A stretch of 64,000 bases of DNA from an uncultured Terriglobales bacterium (GTDB lineage Bacteria > Acidobacteriota > Terriglobia > Terriglobales > Acidobacteriaceae): contig CAZBCQ010000001.1 in assembly GCA_964490255.1 (NCBI GenBank), positions 1,535 through 65,534 on the forward strand, written 5' to 3'. Position 1 is the stretch's first letter. Each line of letters starts with the position of its first letter. Positions 46,401 through 53,293 of this stretch are shown here, piece after piece. The notes under the pieces are model-generated. The model did not search any database. It was not told the origin of the DNA and saw only the letters and a list, made by a program, of their open reading frames with translations. Made by a program: the position numbers and the translations under genes.

Positions 46401-47654
46401 GGAAACACGGCCCTCGCGCAGACGGAATTGGCGCGCCTGGGCAGTCCGTCCGATCTGCAGCAGAACTATGACTATCAGATGGCGATGGCTGGAATGTATC
46501 GGCAACGCCATGATGACGTGCACGCGCTCGGCGCCTTTGCGCAAGCGAATATGCTGGGCGGAGAGACAGACGACAGCGTCGAACTCAGTTTGCAAGAGAT
46601 TGCCGCATCCGAAGGCTTGCGAATCAATGATCGACTGAGCGTGGGAACAGACTTATTGCTGACGCCCGTCTTTCTCGATCCTACGATTTACATCCTTGAC
46701 GCACAATTGTTTGGAGCCGGGCCGAATGGAGCACTGCCGCCTCCACGTCGTCAGTACCAGACGCAATGGACGAATGGCTTCAAAATGCATGTTAACGGTC
46801 TGCCGGTTATTAGCGGCTTCGTGCAGGAGCGTAATTTCCAGGGGCAGCTGTCGCTGCCAAGTCAGCTGGTAATCGTAAATAACAACACCTTTGACACCTC
46901 ATTCAACGGAGCGCTGAACCCCGTATTGCGATTCGGCCGGAACACGCTTGTGTTCAATGCCGGGCTTCAATACACGATCCGTCGCGACAAAGACTCGCCG
47001 GTGCTGATCAACCAAAACCTGTTTCGGCAGTTTGTTTACATGAATTCGAACTCCTTCTGGAACTGGATCTCGGTCCAGGGGAGTGCGTATCACGAAGCTG
47101 GGCCGTACACGCTCCAAAACCTCAATTCTCGCGATCTTGGTGCGAATCTGCAGTTCACGGTTGGCAGACCATGGGGAAAAACAGCGTTTGTAACCGGCTA
47201 CACGGTCAGGGACCTGCTTTTCAATCCGCTGATACGCGAATTCTTTACGACCTCGACATACGGGGGCTTCACTCGGAAATTCGGGACGAGAGTAAATGTA
47301 ACAGCCGTCGGGGAGTACATCAGATCGTGGCGTGTACAGAATTCTGCGTATGCGATCGCACAAGCGTTGCGTCCGGCGGGTGTGGTCGATTTTCGCGTCA
47401 ACAGAAACTGGGAGGTGAACTTCAGCGCATCGTGGGGAAAAGGCGAAGGAAACTCAATCTATGACAACGTCCAGAGTGGATTTCTCATCTCTTATGTAAA
47501 GCCGATACGCCGCTCTGTAGATTCTGGAGCCGGTCCGATACCGGTCGATTATCCGCTGCGAATATCCGCCGGATTGCAACTGCAAGATTTTTACAGCTTC
47601 ACTGGCCAGAAGCAGGCAATGTACGAACCCGTATTTCGCCTGAGTCTTTTTTAG
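43473..47654 (+). CDS. Giant secreted TPR-repeat protein with C-terminal outer-membrane beta-barrel-like domain (PelB/BcsC/PgaA-type architecture)
   Basis: GTG 43473; 1393 aa. The signal peptide (VLLSVAAAGQ) is followed by ~1000 aa of TPR-like repeats. The last ~350 aa are beta-rich with alternating aromatics and end in ...YEPVFRLSLF, a terminal Phe typical of the OMP beta-signal. Confidence 0.85.
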   Translation: MKSFLNYVTFCSVLLSVAAAGQTFEVGGQEQNNAPQKPAAVGKKSSPASGEIGWGSSIEVGRLARAADNALAKGDYTGAANYADRAVHAAPQDPQLWFLLGYASRLAGRYGASLDAYKHGLSIKPASVEGLSGMAQTYARMGQTEEAKRLLVQLIAANPKRDNDLLIAGELFMQTGDVPQGLTYLQRAEAMKPSPHAELLMATAYMKLKQPDRARQLLESAKRRAPNDPDIYRAIANYYREVHDYKSAIATLKSIPKPTSEVLADLAYSYALNGDKEESAATYARAAQEAPHQIGLQLSAAQAELVAGESEKARQFLAKAEAMDPNHYRLHAIKAALAKSEKRNADAIVEYKIAISRLPGDGVPEGVLFPIQLRLNLAELYREQGDVESAKRVVAEAEQQMQSLNLQGPERAEFLRVRAGIKTAGEDYTGAEADLREALTLDPENTNISLEYANLLWKLKRKDEARKLYAAVLNTDPKNRYALEGMGYLYREDGDVKMSAAYFHKLADAYPTDYVPYLALGDLYASVAQYKEADANYVKAHELAPDNATVIANATNAAIEAHDTPLAGQWVKYIKDEMRDDPRIMREEARYLFHEGKYRESAQLAAKALQKLPNDRNASVYLAYDYYNLGRYDDTLALTTKYEKLLPKEPNFPLLSGHVHKQTQLLSQAVDDYTRAIDKDPKLAESYINRGYVLNDLQNPEAAAQDFDVALKLSPNNGVAHLGVAFSDLQLRRSKSALDQVDTAEKLIGESGATHLVRATAYRQERLLNKADTEYRAALKYSPQDVRLQLALADTLYYMRHYNDALGTLKDALALQPDDPFIYAQMAQTSAELKNRDETLKYVSLAEKEGGDQASVLLATGSALLTLGEKDPAMQRFTEALDAPDSDRVSVRLAFARVMQKQGKWDDAREQISLAFAEARIGEANPVTPDNLIEAGNIFLAMHDFDLAQRMFERAGKEGAADEVVAVGLANTYLAQGNTALAQTELARLGSPSDLQQNYDYQMAMAGMYRQRHDDVHALGAFAQANMLGGETDDSVELSLQEIAASEGLRINDRLSVGTDLLLTPVFLDPTIYILDAQLFGAGPNGALPPPRRQYQTQWTNGFKMHVNGLPVISGFVQERNFQGQLSLPSQLVIVNNNTFDTSFNGALNPVLRFGRNTLVFNAGLQYTIRRDKDSPVLINQNLFRQFVYMNSNSFWNWISVQGSAYHEAGPYTLQNLNSRDLGANLQFTVGRPWGKTAFVTGYTVRDLLFNPLIREFFTTSTYGGFTRKFGTRVNVTAVGEYIRSWRVQNSAYAIAQALRPAGVVDFRVNRNWEVNFSASWGKGEGNSIYDNVQSGFLISYVKPIRRSVDSGAGPIPVDYPLRISAGLQLQDFYSFTGQKQAMYEPVFRLSLF

Positions 47655-47668
47655 GTCAGAAGGGATTC

Positions 47669-48919
47669 ATGAAAATCTGTCTAGTTACTGCATTTCCGCC
47701 GAGCCGGCGGGGGCTGAACGAATACGGGTATCACATTGCACGGGAGCTGCAGGCAGACTCACTGCTTAGCGTTACGGTGCTGGCGGACGAAATCGAGCCA
47801 GACAAAACTGAGCTGCCCGACTTTGATGTGCAGCGGTGCTGGAAGTTCAACAGTGTTGCGAATCCCGTGAAACTGCTGAAAGCAGTGCGGGAGATCAGGC
47901 CTGACGTGGTGTGGTTCAACCTGCTGTTCTCGACTTTCGGAAACGATCCGATACCGGCATTCAATGGATTGGCCACGCCGGCACTTACGAGAATGGCCGG
48001 ATATTACACGCACGTTACGTTGCATCACCTAATGGACAATGTCGATCTTTCGCACGCAGGCGTCCGATCTCAGCGTTTGTATCGTGCGGCGGGATCGATG
48101 GCAACGCGCATGTTGCTGACCGCGAATTCGGTGTCGGTGCTCCTTCCCGCCTATCGCAGGACGCTGATGGAGAAATATCGGGGCGAAAATGTGCATTTTC
48201 GTTCCCACGGCATCCTCTCGGCGCGACCGGAATATCCAAACCTTGCGCTACGAGGGAACCCGGAACATCGAATCCTGGCGTTTGGCAAGTGGGGAACTTA
48301 CAAACGGCTGGAATTACTGATTGATGCATTCAAGATTGTCAGCAAGCAGCTCCCGAATGTGAGGCTAGTTGTTGCGGGTGAGAACCACCCCATGACTCCG
48401 GGATACGTCGAATCAATAGCGGAACGAGTCGGACGCGACGATCGCGTAGAGTTCACCGGCTATGTAGCAGAGGAGAACCTACAAAACCTGTTTTCAACGG
48501 CTACGTTACTGGTGATGCCCTATTCGTCGGCTACCGGTAGCAGTGGCGTTGCGCATTTGGCTTGTCAGTACGGTGTGCCCATCATCTGTGCCGATATCGA
48601 TGATTTTCGCGACATGGCTACTGATGAGGGGTTAGCTATTGATTTTTATCACCGCGGCCAGCCGGAGCATCTGGCGGAAAAAATTGCGGAGCTAGTGCAG
48701 TCTCCGGAGAGGCAATACGAGATGGCCGAAGCGAACTTCTATGCAGCGCTCAGAATGACTATGCCGCAGATCATGAGGCGTTATTTGCGCTCGTTCGATG
48801 TTCATCAACGAGCGAAGGCCCTGGAACCGATTTCAAGGTTTCGGCGCTTACCCGCGTGGATTCCTTCAAGGTCTGCGATATTTCGAGCAGCCGCACCGAG
48901 GTGGTCGCCGTGGATGTAA
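47669..48919 (+). CDS. Glycosyltransferase, GT4 (group 1) family
   Basis: 416 aa. The N-terminus MKICLVTAFPPSRRGLNEYG and a C-terminal Rossmann half (RLVVAGE..., VEFTGYV..., LLVMPY..., GVPIICADI) fit the GT-B/GT4 pattern. It lies 14 nt after the TPR gene. Confidence 0.88.
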   Translation: MKICLVTAFPPSRRGLNEYGYHIARELQADSLLSVTVLADEIEPDKTELPDFDVQRCWKFNSVANPVKLLKAVREIRPDVVWFNLLFSTFGNDPIPAFNGLATPALTRMAGYYTHVTLHHLMDNVDLSHAGVRSQRLYRAAGSMATRMLLTANSVSVLLPAYRRTLMEKYRGENVHFRSHGILSARPEYPNLALRGNPEHRILAFGKWGTYKRLELLIDAFKIVSKQLPNVRLVVAGENHPMTPGYVESIAERVGRDDRVEFTGYVAEENLQNLFSTATLLVMPYSSATGSSGVAHLACQYGVPIICADIDDFRDMATDEGLAIDFYHRGQPEHLAEKIAELVQSPERQYEMAEANFYAALRMTMPQIMRRYLRSFDVHQRAKALEPISRFRRLPAWIPSRSAIFRAAAPRWSPWM

Positions 48920-50091
48920 AAGCAATCCTAATCGTGGCGCCGCCCGCAGAAGACAGACAGGGCTCTGGCGCGGAACTAGTCGGCGGTATGCCACTGGCGT
49001 TTGCCGATGTCCTCGGTCGGCCAATGCTCTACCGTATCGCCGACCGCCTTGCAAAGAACGGAATTCAACCGGTAGCGGTCATCAGCGAATCGGTCGTGAA
49101 CTCGTGGCCTACCGCCATGCCGGGCGAAGCTCCCAACGTTCAATGGACACAAGCCAGCGCGCCCAATCTGTGGCGAGCCGCGGAAAACGTCTTTACAGAA
49201 TTCGCACAGTCCGGCGCCGACGCGGTGCTGGTCTGGCGAGTCGGCGCTTACGCTGAATTCGATATAGACGAGTTCATTCAGTTCCACGTGGACAATCAAT
49301 GCCATGTGACCACCATGGCCGATGCGGATGGCTTTCCGCTGGACATCTGCATGATCGCGGCTTCCCGCAGAAATGACGCCGCCTATGCGTTGCGTCACCA
49401 GTTGCACAAATTCCGCGGTTCGAACACGACCTACTACTTCGACGGATTCTGCAACCGTTTGTGCGACAGCCACGACTTGCGACAGTTGGCGATTGACTCA
49501 CTGCAACAACTAACAGACATCAAGCCCGAAGGCCGGGAAGTGAAGCCAGGCATTTGGTTCGGTAAAGGAGCGCGTGTCCATAAACGCGCACGAGTCCTGA
49601 GCCCGGCATTCATTGGCAGCAAAGTTCGAGTAAGAGCGTCAGCGGTGATCACACGATGCACTTCGCTCGAACACCACGCCATCATTGATTGCGGCACCGT
49701 AGTGGAAGACGTCAGCGTGCTGCCATACAGTTACGTTGGAGCCGGGCTTGATGTTAGCCACTCGGTGGTAGGTTTCCGCCGCCTGTGGAACCTGCCGCGA
49801 AATGTAGAGGTTGAGATTTCCGACGCGAAGCTGGTGGGAATGGCCTCGAGCAATGCGCCCATGCGAGTGCTGGCCAGCGCCGCCTCGCTGGTCAGTTTTA
49901 TCCCTGCACAAGTCTTGCGTGGCCTGTTTGCGCCGTCCCAGCGCGGATATGCCACATCGCTGCCGGAAGCTGTCAGCGAACCCTGTGCAGCACTTAAGAA
50001 TCCGGCAAGCTTGCCCGCAGCCGCGCCGTCAGTGGATGCAGGCGAGTTCCCTGCCAATTTAGTAGCCGCGAGGAGATATGGAAACGAGTAA
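48856..50091 (+). CDS. Nucleotidyltransferase-like / left-handed beta-helix (hexapeptide-repeat) protein
   Basis: The N-terminal part resembles sugar-1-P nucleotidyltransferases (VKAILIVAPP...GRPMLYRIADRLAKNGIQPVAVI). The C-terminal part has hexapeptide repeats (VHKRARVLSPAFIGSKVRVRASAVITRCTSLEHHAIIDCGTVVEDVSVL...). The real start may be GTG 48901 or 48910. It overlaps the GT4 stop. Confidence 0.72.
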   Translation: MDSFKVCDISSSRTEVVAVDVKAILIVAPPAEDRQGSGAELVGGMPLAFADVLGRPMLYRIADRLAKNGIQPVAVISESVVNSWPTAMPGEAPNVQWTQASAPNLWRAAENVFTEFAQSGADAVLVWRVGAYAEFDIDEFIQFHVDNQCHVTTMADADGFPLDICMIAASRRNDAAYALRHQLHKFRGSNTTYYFDGFCNRLCDSHDLRQLAIDSLQQLTDIKPEGREVKPGIWFGKGARVHKRARVLSPAFIGSKVRVRASAVITRCTSLEHHAIIDCGTVVEDVSVLPYSYVGAGLDVSHSVVGFRRLWNLPRNVEVEISDAKLVGMASSNAPMRVLASAASLVSFIPAQVLRGLFAPSQRGYATSLPEAVSEPCAALKNPASLPAAAPSVDAGEFPANLVAARRYGNE

Positions 50092-50506
50092 GCCCGTCAT
50101 CGTAAAACGCATGCCCGATCGCCTGAACCAGAAGCAGGCGCGCACGTTTCTTAACGAAGTACAGCCGTTCCTGAATACAGATCGCCCACAGCTCGTTTTC
50201 GATTGCTCACAGATTCGCCAGATGGACGCAGCAGGAGTCGATATGCTGCTTCGCTGCATGGCCGAGGTGATGAGACGCGACGGCGAGTTGAAGCTCGCGA
50301 AACTGTCACCTCAAGCAGCCGTGATTCTGGAACTTACACGGACGGATCGCTTGTTTGAAATTTTTGAGACGTCCGGCGACGCAGTAAAGAGCTTCCAGCG
50401 TTTCCTTCCTGGCGCGATGAAGAACCTTCCAGTTGCCAGCCCGATTCTGATGAAGCGGGCCCAAGCGGAATATTACCCCGAGTCTGACAAACCGGCCGCG
50501 GCCTGA
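50078..50506 (+). CDS. STAS-domain protein (anti-sigma-factor-antagonist fold)
   Basis: ATG 50078 follows AGGAGA and overlaps the upstream gene by 14 nt. The STAS pattern is ...QLVFDCSQIRQMDAAGVDMLLRC...ELKLAKLSPQAAVILELTRTDRLFEIFET. Confidence 0.85.
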   Translation: METSKPVIVKRMPDRLNQKQARTFLNEVQPFLNTDRPQLVFDCSQIRQMDAAGVDMLLRCMAEVMRRDGELKLAKLSPQAAVILELTRTDRLFEIFETSGDAVKSFQRFLPGAMKNLPVASPILMKRAQAEYYPESDKPAAA

Positions 50507-50598
50507 GCATCTGAAGGTTTAAGGATGGGGCAAGAACGAAGGAACATGAACGCCCATTGCAAGCTGCCGGAGAGGATCCACTTGGGTCGAGGTAGAAC

Positions 50599-51915
50599 GT
50601 GGTGATGAAACCTGGAACGCTCGCACCTGATCCCCCACGCCTTGGTTGGCGCGATGCCGTCGCGACACTGCGATCAGAGCCTGCACACACGCGCATTCTG
50701 GGCGGCAGCATCATCATGCTGGTAGGTTCGGGGCTGGTGAGCGTAGTCAACTTCGGCTACAACGTCGCAGTCGCGCGCATGCTCGGTCCTAGAGCCTTCG
50801 GACACGCGGCAGCAGCAGTTACGCTGCTCATGCTGGTATCAGCCATCACGCTATCGTTCCAGCTAGTTTGCGCGAAGCTGCTTGCCAAGACGGAGATCAA
50901 GACCGAGCGTGCCGCTCTTTACTCCGCTCTTCTCCGTCGCTCGTGGGCGGTTGGTCTGATACTTGGTTCTGCACTGTTGCTTGCGAGCGGGCCGGTGGCA
51001 CGGTATCTGAACCTACCCTCGCCCTTGATCGTCGTACTTTTAGCGCTGGGTATCGCGTTCTACATTCCGCTTGGAACCAAACGGGGTGGGCTCCAGGGAA
51101 CATGCGCGTTCACAAAGCTAAGCTGGAACTTCCTTCTCGAGGCCAGCGTCAAGTTCTGTGGAGCGCTGTCCCTGATTGAGCTTGGGTACGGAGTGAACGG
51201 CGCGGTGGCTGCCATTTCCATCTCGGTCGTTCTGGCCTACTTCATACCTCCTATTCCCGAGGAGCTGAAGATCGCTCCTGGCGGCCACGTCAAGACATCG
51301 TTCCGCGAGGGAATGCAGGCCATCGTCTTTTTCACCGGGCAGGTGGTGATCAACAATATCGACATCTTGCTTGTGAAACATTTCTTTGCGCCCGACAGTG
51401 CGGGACAGTACGCGGCAATCGCGCTAGTTGGTCGCGTCATCTATTTCGCATCGTGGTCGGTTGTCAGTGCAATGTTCCCGATTTCCGCCGCAGCGCAGCC
51501 CAAGAAAGAAAATGTTTCGGTGCTGGTGGTGCCAATCCTGATTGTGCTGGGGATTGCGATTACTTTCATTATTGGACTAAGCCTATTTCCGGATCCTGTG
51601 CTGCAAGCGGTGTTCGGTGCCGGATTCCAGGGCGGAGCAAACCTCGACGGCCTGCTGAGCCTGTATGCCGCCGCAACCGGCACCTATTCCCTCGGCGTCG
51701 TTTTGATGGCGTATGAGATGTCGCGCCGCATTGCCAACACGGGTTGGCTGCAGCTGGCCGTCAGTGGCGCGATTGTTATTGGAATTTACCTGTTTCACAG
51801 CACCCTGCACCAGGTCGTGCTCGTCCAGCTCGTATTGATGGTTGGGCTACTCATGATTGTTTCTATTCCGTTCTTTCGCCAAGACCGGCACTCTGTCCTG
51901 GAGGAAGCAGCATGA
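50599..51915 (+). CDS. MOP/PST-superfamily polysaccharide transporter (Wzx/PelG-like flippase)
   Basis: 438 aa with ~12-14 TM helices. The N-terminal GGSIIMLVGSGLVSVVNFGYNVAVARMLGP..FG is typical of polysaccharide biosynthesis (PST) proteins. The start is GTG 50599 or ATG 50605. Confidence 0.85.
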   Translation: MVMKPGTLAPDPPRLGWRDAVATLRSEPAHTRILGGSIIMLVGSGLVSVVNFGYNVAVARMLGPRAFGHAAAAVTLLMLVSAITLSFQLVCAKLLAKTEIKTERAALYSALLRRSWAVGLILGSALLLASGPVARYLNLPSPLIVVLLALGIAFYIPLGTKRGGLQGTCAFTKLSWNFLLEASVKFCGALSLIELGYGVNGAVAAISISVVLAYFIPPIPEELKIAPGGHVKTSFREGMQAIVFFTGQVVINNIDILLVKHFFAPDSAGQYAAIALVGRVIYFASWSVVSAMFPISAAAQPKKENVSVLVVPILIVLGIAITFIIGLSLFPDPVLQAVFGAGFQGGANLDGLLSLYAAATGTYSLGVVLMAYEMSRRIANTGWLQLAVSGAIVIGIYLFHSTLHQVVLVQLVLMVGLLMIVSIPFFRQDRHSVLEEAA

Positions 51916-52658
51916 AACGACTGCGACGCGTCACCGAATCAGAAGTGATCGCGGAATTCCTCAAGAATGAGTTCTACCAGGAAGAATTCCACCGTGACCG
52001 CCACCGGTACGAACATTTAGTGCTGGATGCGGACCTCACGAACGAAGAAGACAACCTGCTCCGGCGGGTATTGCTGTTCCGTCGCCGCGGCCACATGTGG
52101 CGCGAACTACCGACGGACACGCAATGGTGGGAGGTAGAACTCGAGCCTGAAGACCTGATGCTGATCCGCGTCTTCCCGCGTGCACACTGGCGGAAAATCG
52201 CCAATGGCAGCTTCGCGTTGAATGACATCGTTCATCAAATCCGGTCGCACAAGTTCTCCGGGCGTGTCGGAGATTTCATCTCCAAAATTCAGTCGCTGAG
52301 CTATCGATTGCGCTACGACAACGATTCCAGTTCGGTGATCCTGATCGGATTGGATGAGGAGCACCCAATCACGATCATCGAGGGTAATCACCGAATGACC
52401 GCGGGCATGCTCAGTTCGCCAGAAACGATACACAAACGATTCCGCGTCTTCATGGGAATGTCGGAACGGATGTCTGAGGTGTGTTGGTACAACGGCACCT
52501 TGGGGAACATCTTGCGATACGTGAAAAACCGGGTCCGGCACATGTGGATTGACTCGGATGGCGATCTTATCCAGCCGAAGGACGTGGAAGCCGCACCAAC
52601 AACAACTTATTCACCGAAGGCAGTAGCTGCACGGAATTCAATGTCGGAGCCGAAGTAG
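51912..52658 (+). CDS. Uncharacterised soluble protein with ParB/Srx-like 'EGNHR' motif
   Basis: ATG 51912 overlaps the flippase TGA (ATGA). The 248-aa product has no TM helix. The motif is ...VILIGLDEEHPITIIEGNHRMTAGML... No family is confidently recognised. Confidence 0.7.
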   Translation: MKRLRRVTESEVIAEFLKNEFYQEEFHRDRHRYEHLVLDADLTNEEDNLLRRVLLFRRRGHMWRELPTDTQWWEVELEPEDLMLIRVFPRAHWRKIANGSFALNDIVHQIRSHKFSGRVGDFISKIQSLSYRLRYDNDSSSVILIGLDEEHPITIIEGNHRMTAGMLSSPETIHKRFRVFMGMSERMSEVCWYNGTLGNILRYVKNRVRHMWIDSDGDLIQPKDVEAAPTTTYSPKAVAARNSMSEPK

Positions 52659-52677
52659 GTCCGGCCCAAGTCACGAA

Positions 52678-53223
52678 ATGGAGTACCCCATGAGCAACAG
52701 ATCACAATGGCTGACTCGAATGATGATCGGAGCGATGTCCTTCGCTCTTTGCGGCGGTCCCGAACTGATGCAAGCTCAATCCACCACGCCGCAAGCTTCC
52801 ACTCCGCAAAGCGCAACGCCCGATCCGAGCCGTGGACCGCAGCAGCCTGCCGGGAATCAGCCGGCTGCGCCGCTTCCTGAAGCGCCGAGCGCCGACGTGC
52901 CGAGCACCGCTCCGGCTACTCCGAGCGCCAGTAGCTCATCGCAAAAGGACGCAAGCGCCAGCAGTCCGCAGACGCAGTCGACGCAAGCACCGACTGGAGC
53001 CGCCGCTGCTCAGCGTGCCGAGACTGCAGGTGGCGCGGCGTCGAGACCGGCCGGAAACGCGATTGCGCCTGCGAAACAACGACAGACGCGATCGCTGCTC
53101 ATCAAAGTCGGTGCAGTTGCCGCAGCGGGAGCCGCGGCCGGAATCATTTACGGACTTTCGCGTGGAACGGGTTCGGTGCCTCCCGGAGCCAGGACAACTG
53201 CAACCGCGGCAGGCGGACACTAA
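52678..53223 (+). CDS. Low-complexity P/A/S/Q/T-rich secreted protein with C-terminal hydrophobic anchor
   Basis: 181 aa with a signal-like N-terminus (MMIGAMSFALCGGPELMQAQS), a ~110-aa disordered region and then IKVGAVAAAGAAAGIIYGL. Confidence 0.55.
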   Translation: MEYPMSNRSQWLTRMMIGAMSFALCGGPELMQAQSTTPQASTPQSATPDPSRGPQQPAGNQPAAPLPEAPSADVPSTAPATPSASSSSQKDASASSPQTQSTQAPTGAAAAQRAETAGGAASRPAGNAIAPAKQRQTRSLLIKVGAVAAAGAAAGIIYGLSRGTGSVPPGARTTATAAGGH

Positions 53224-53293
53224 GTAAATAGGCACGTAAAACGGATTGGTCCCTCTTCGCGACAGAACGGGATCCCGCCGGGTTCGACTGAGC

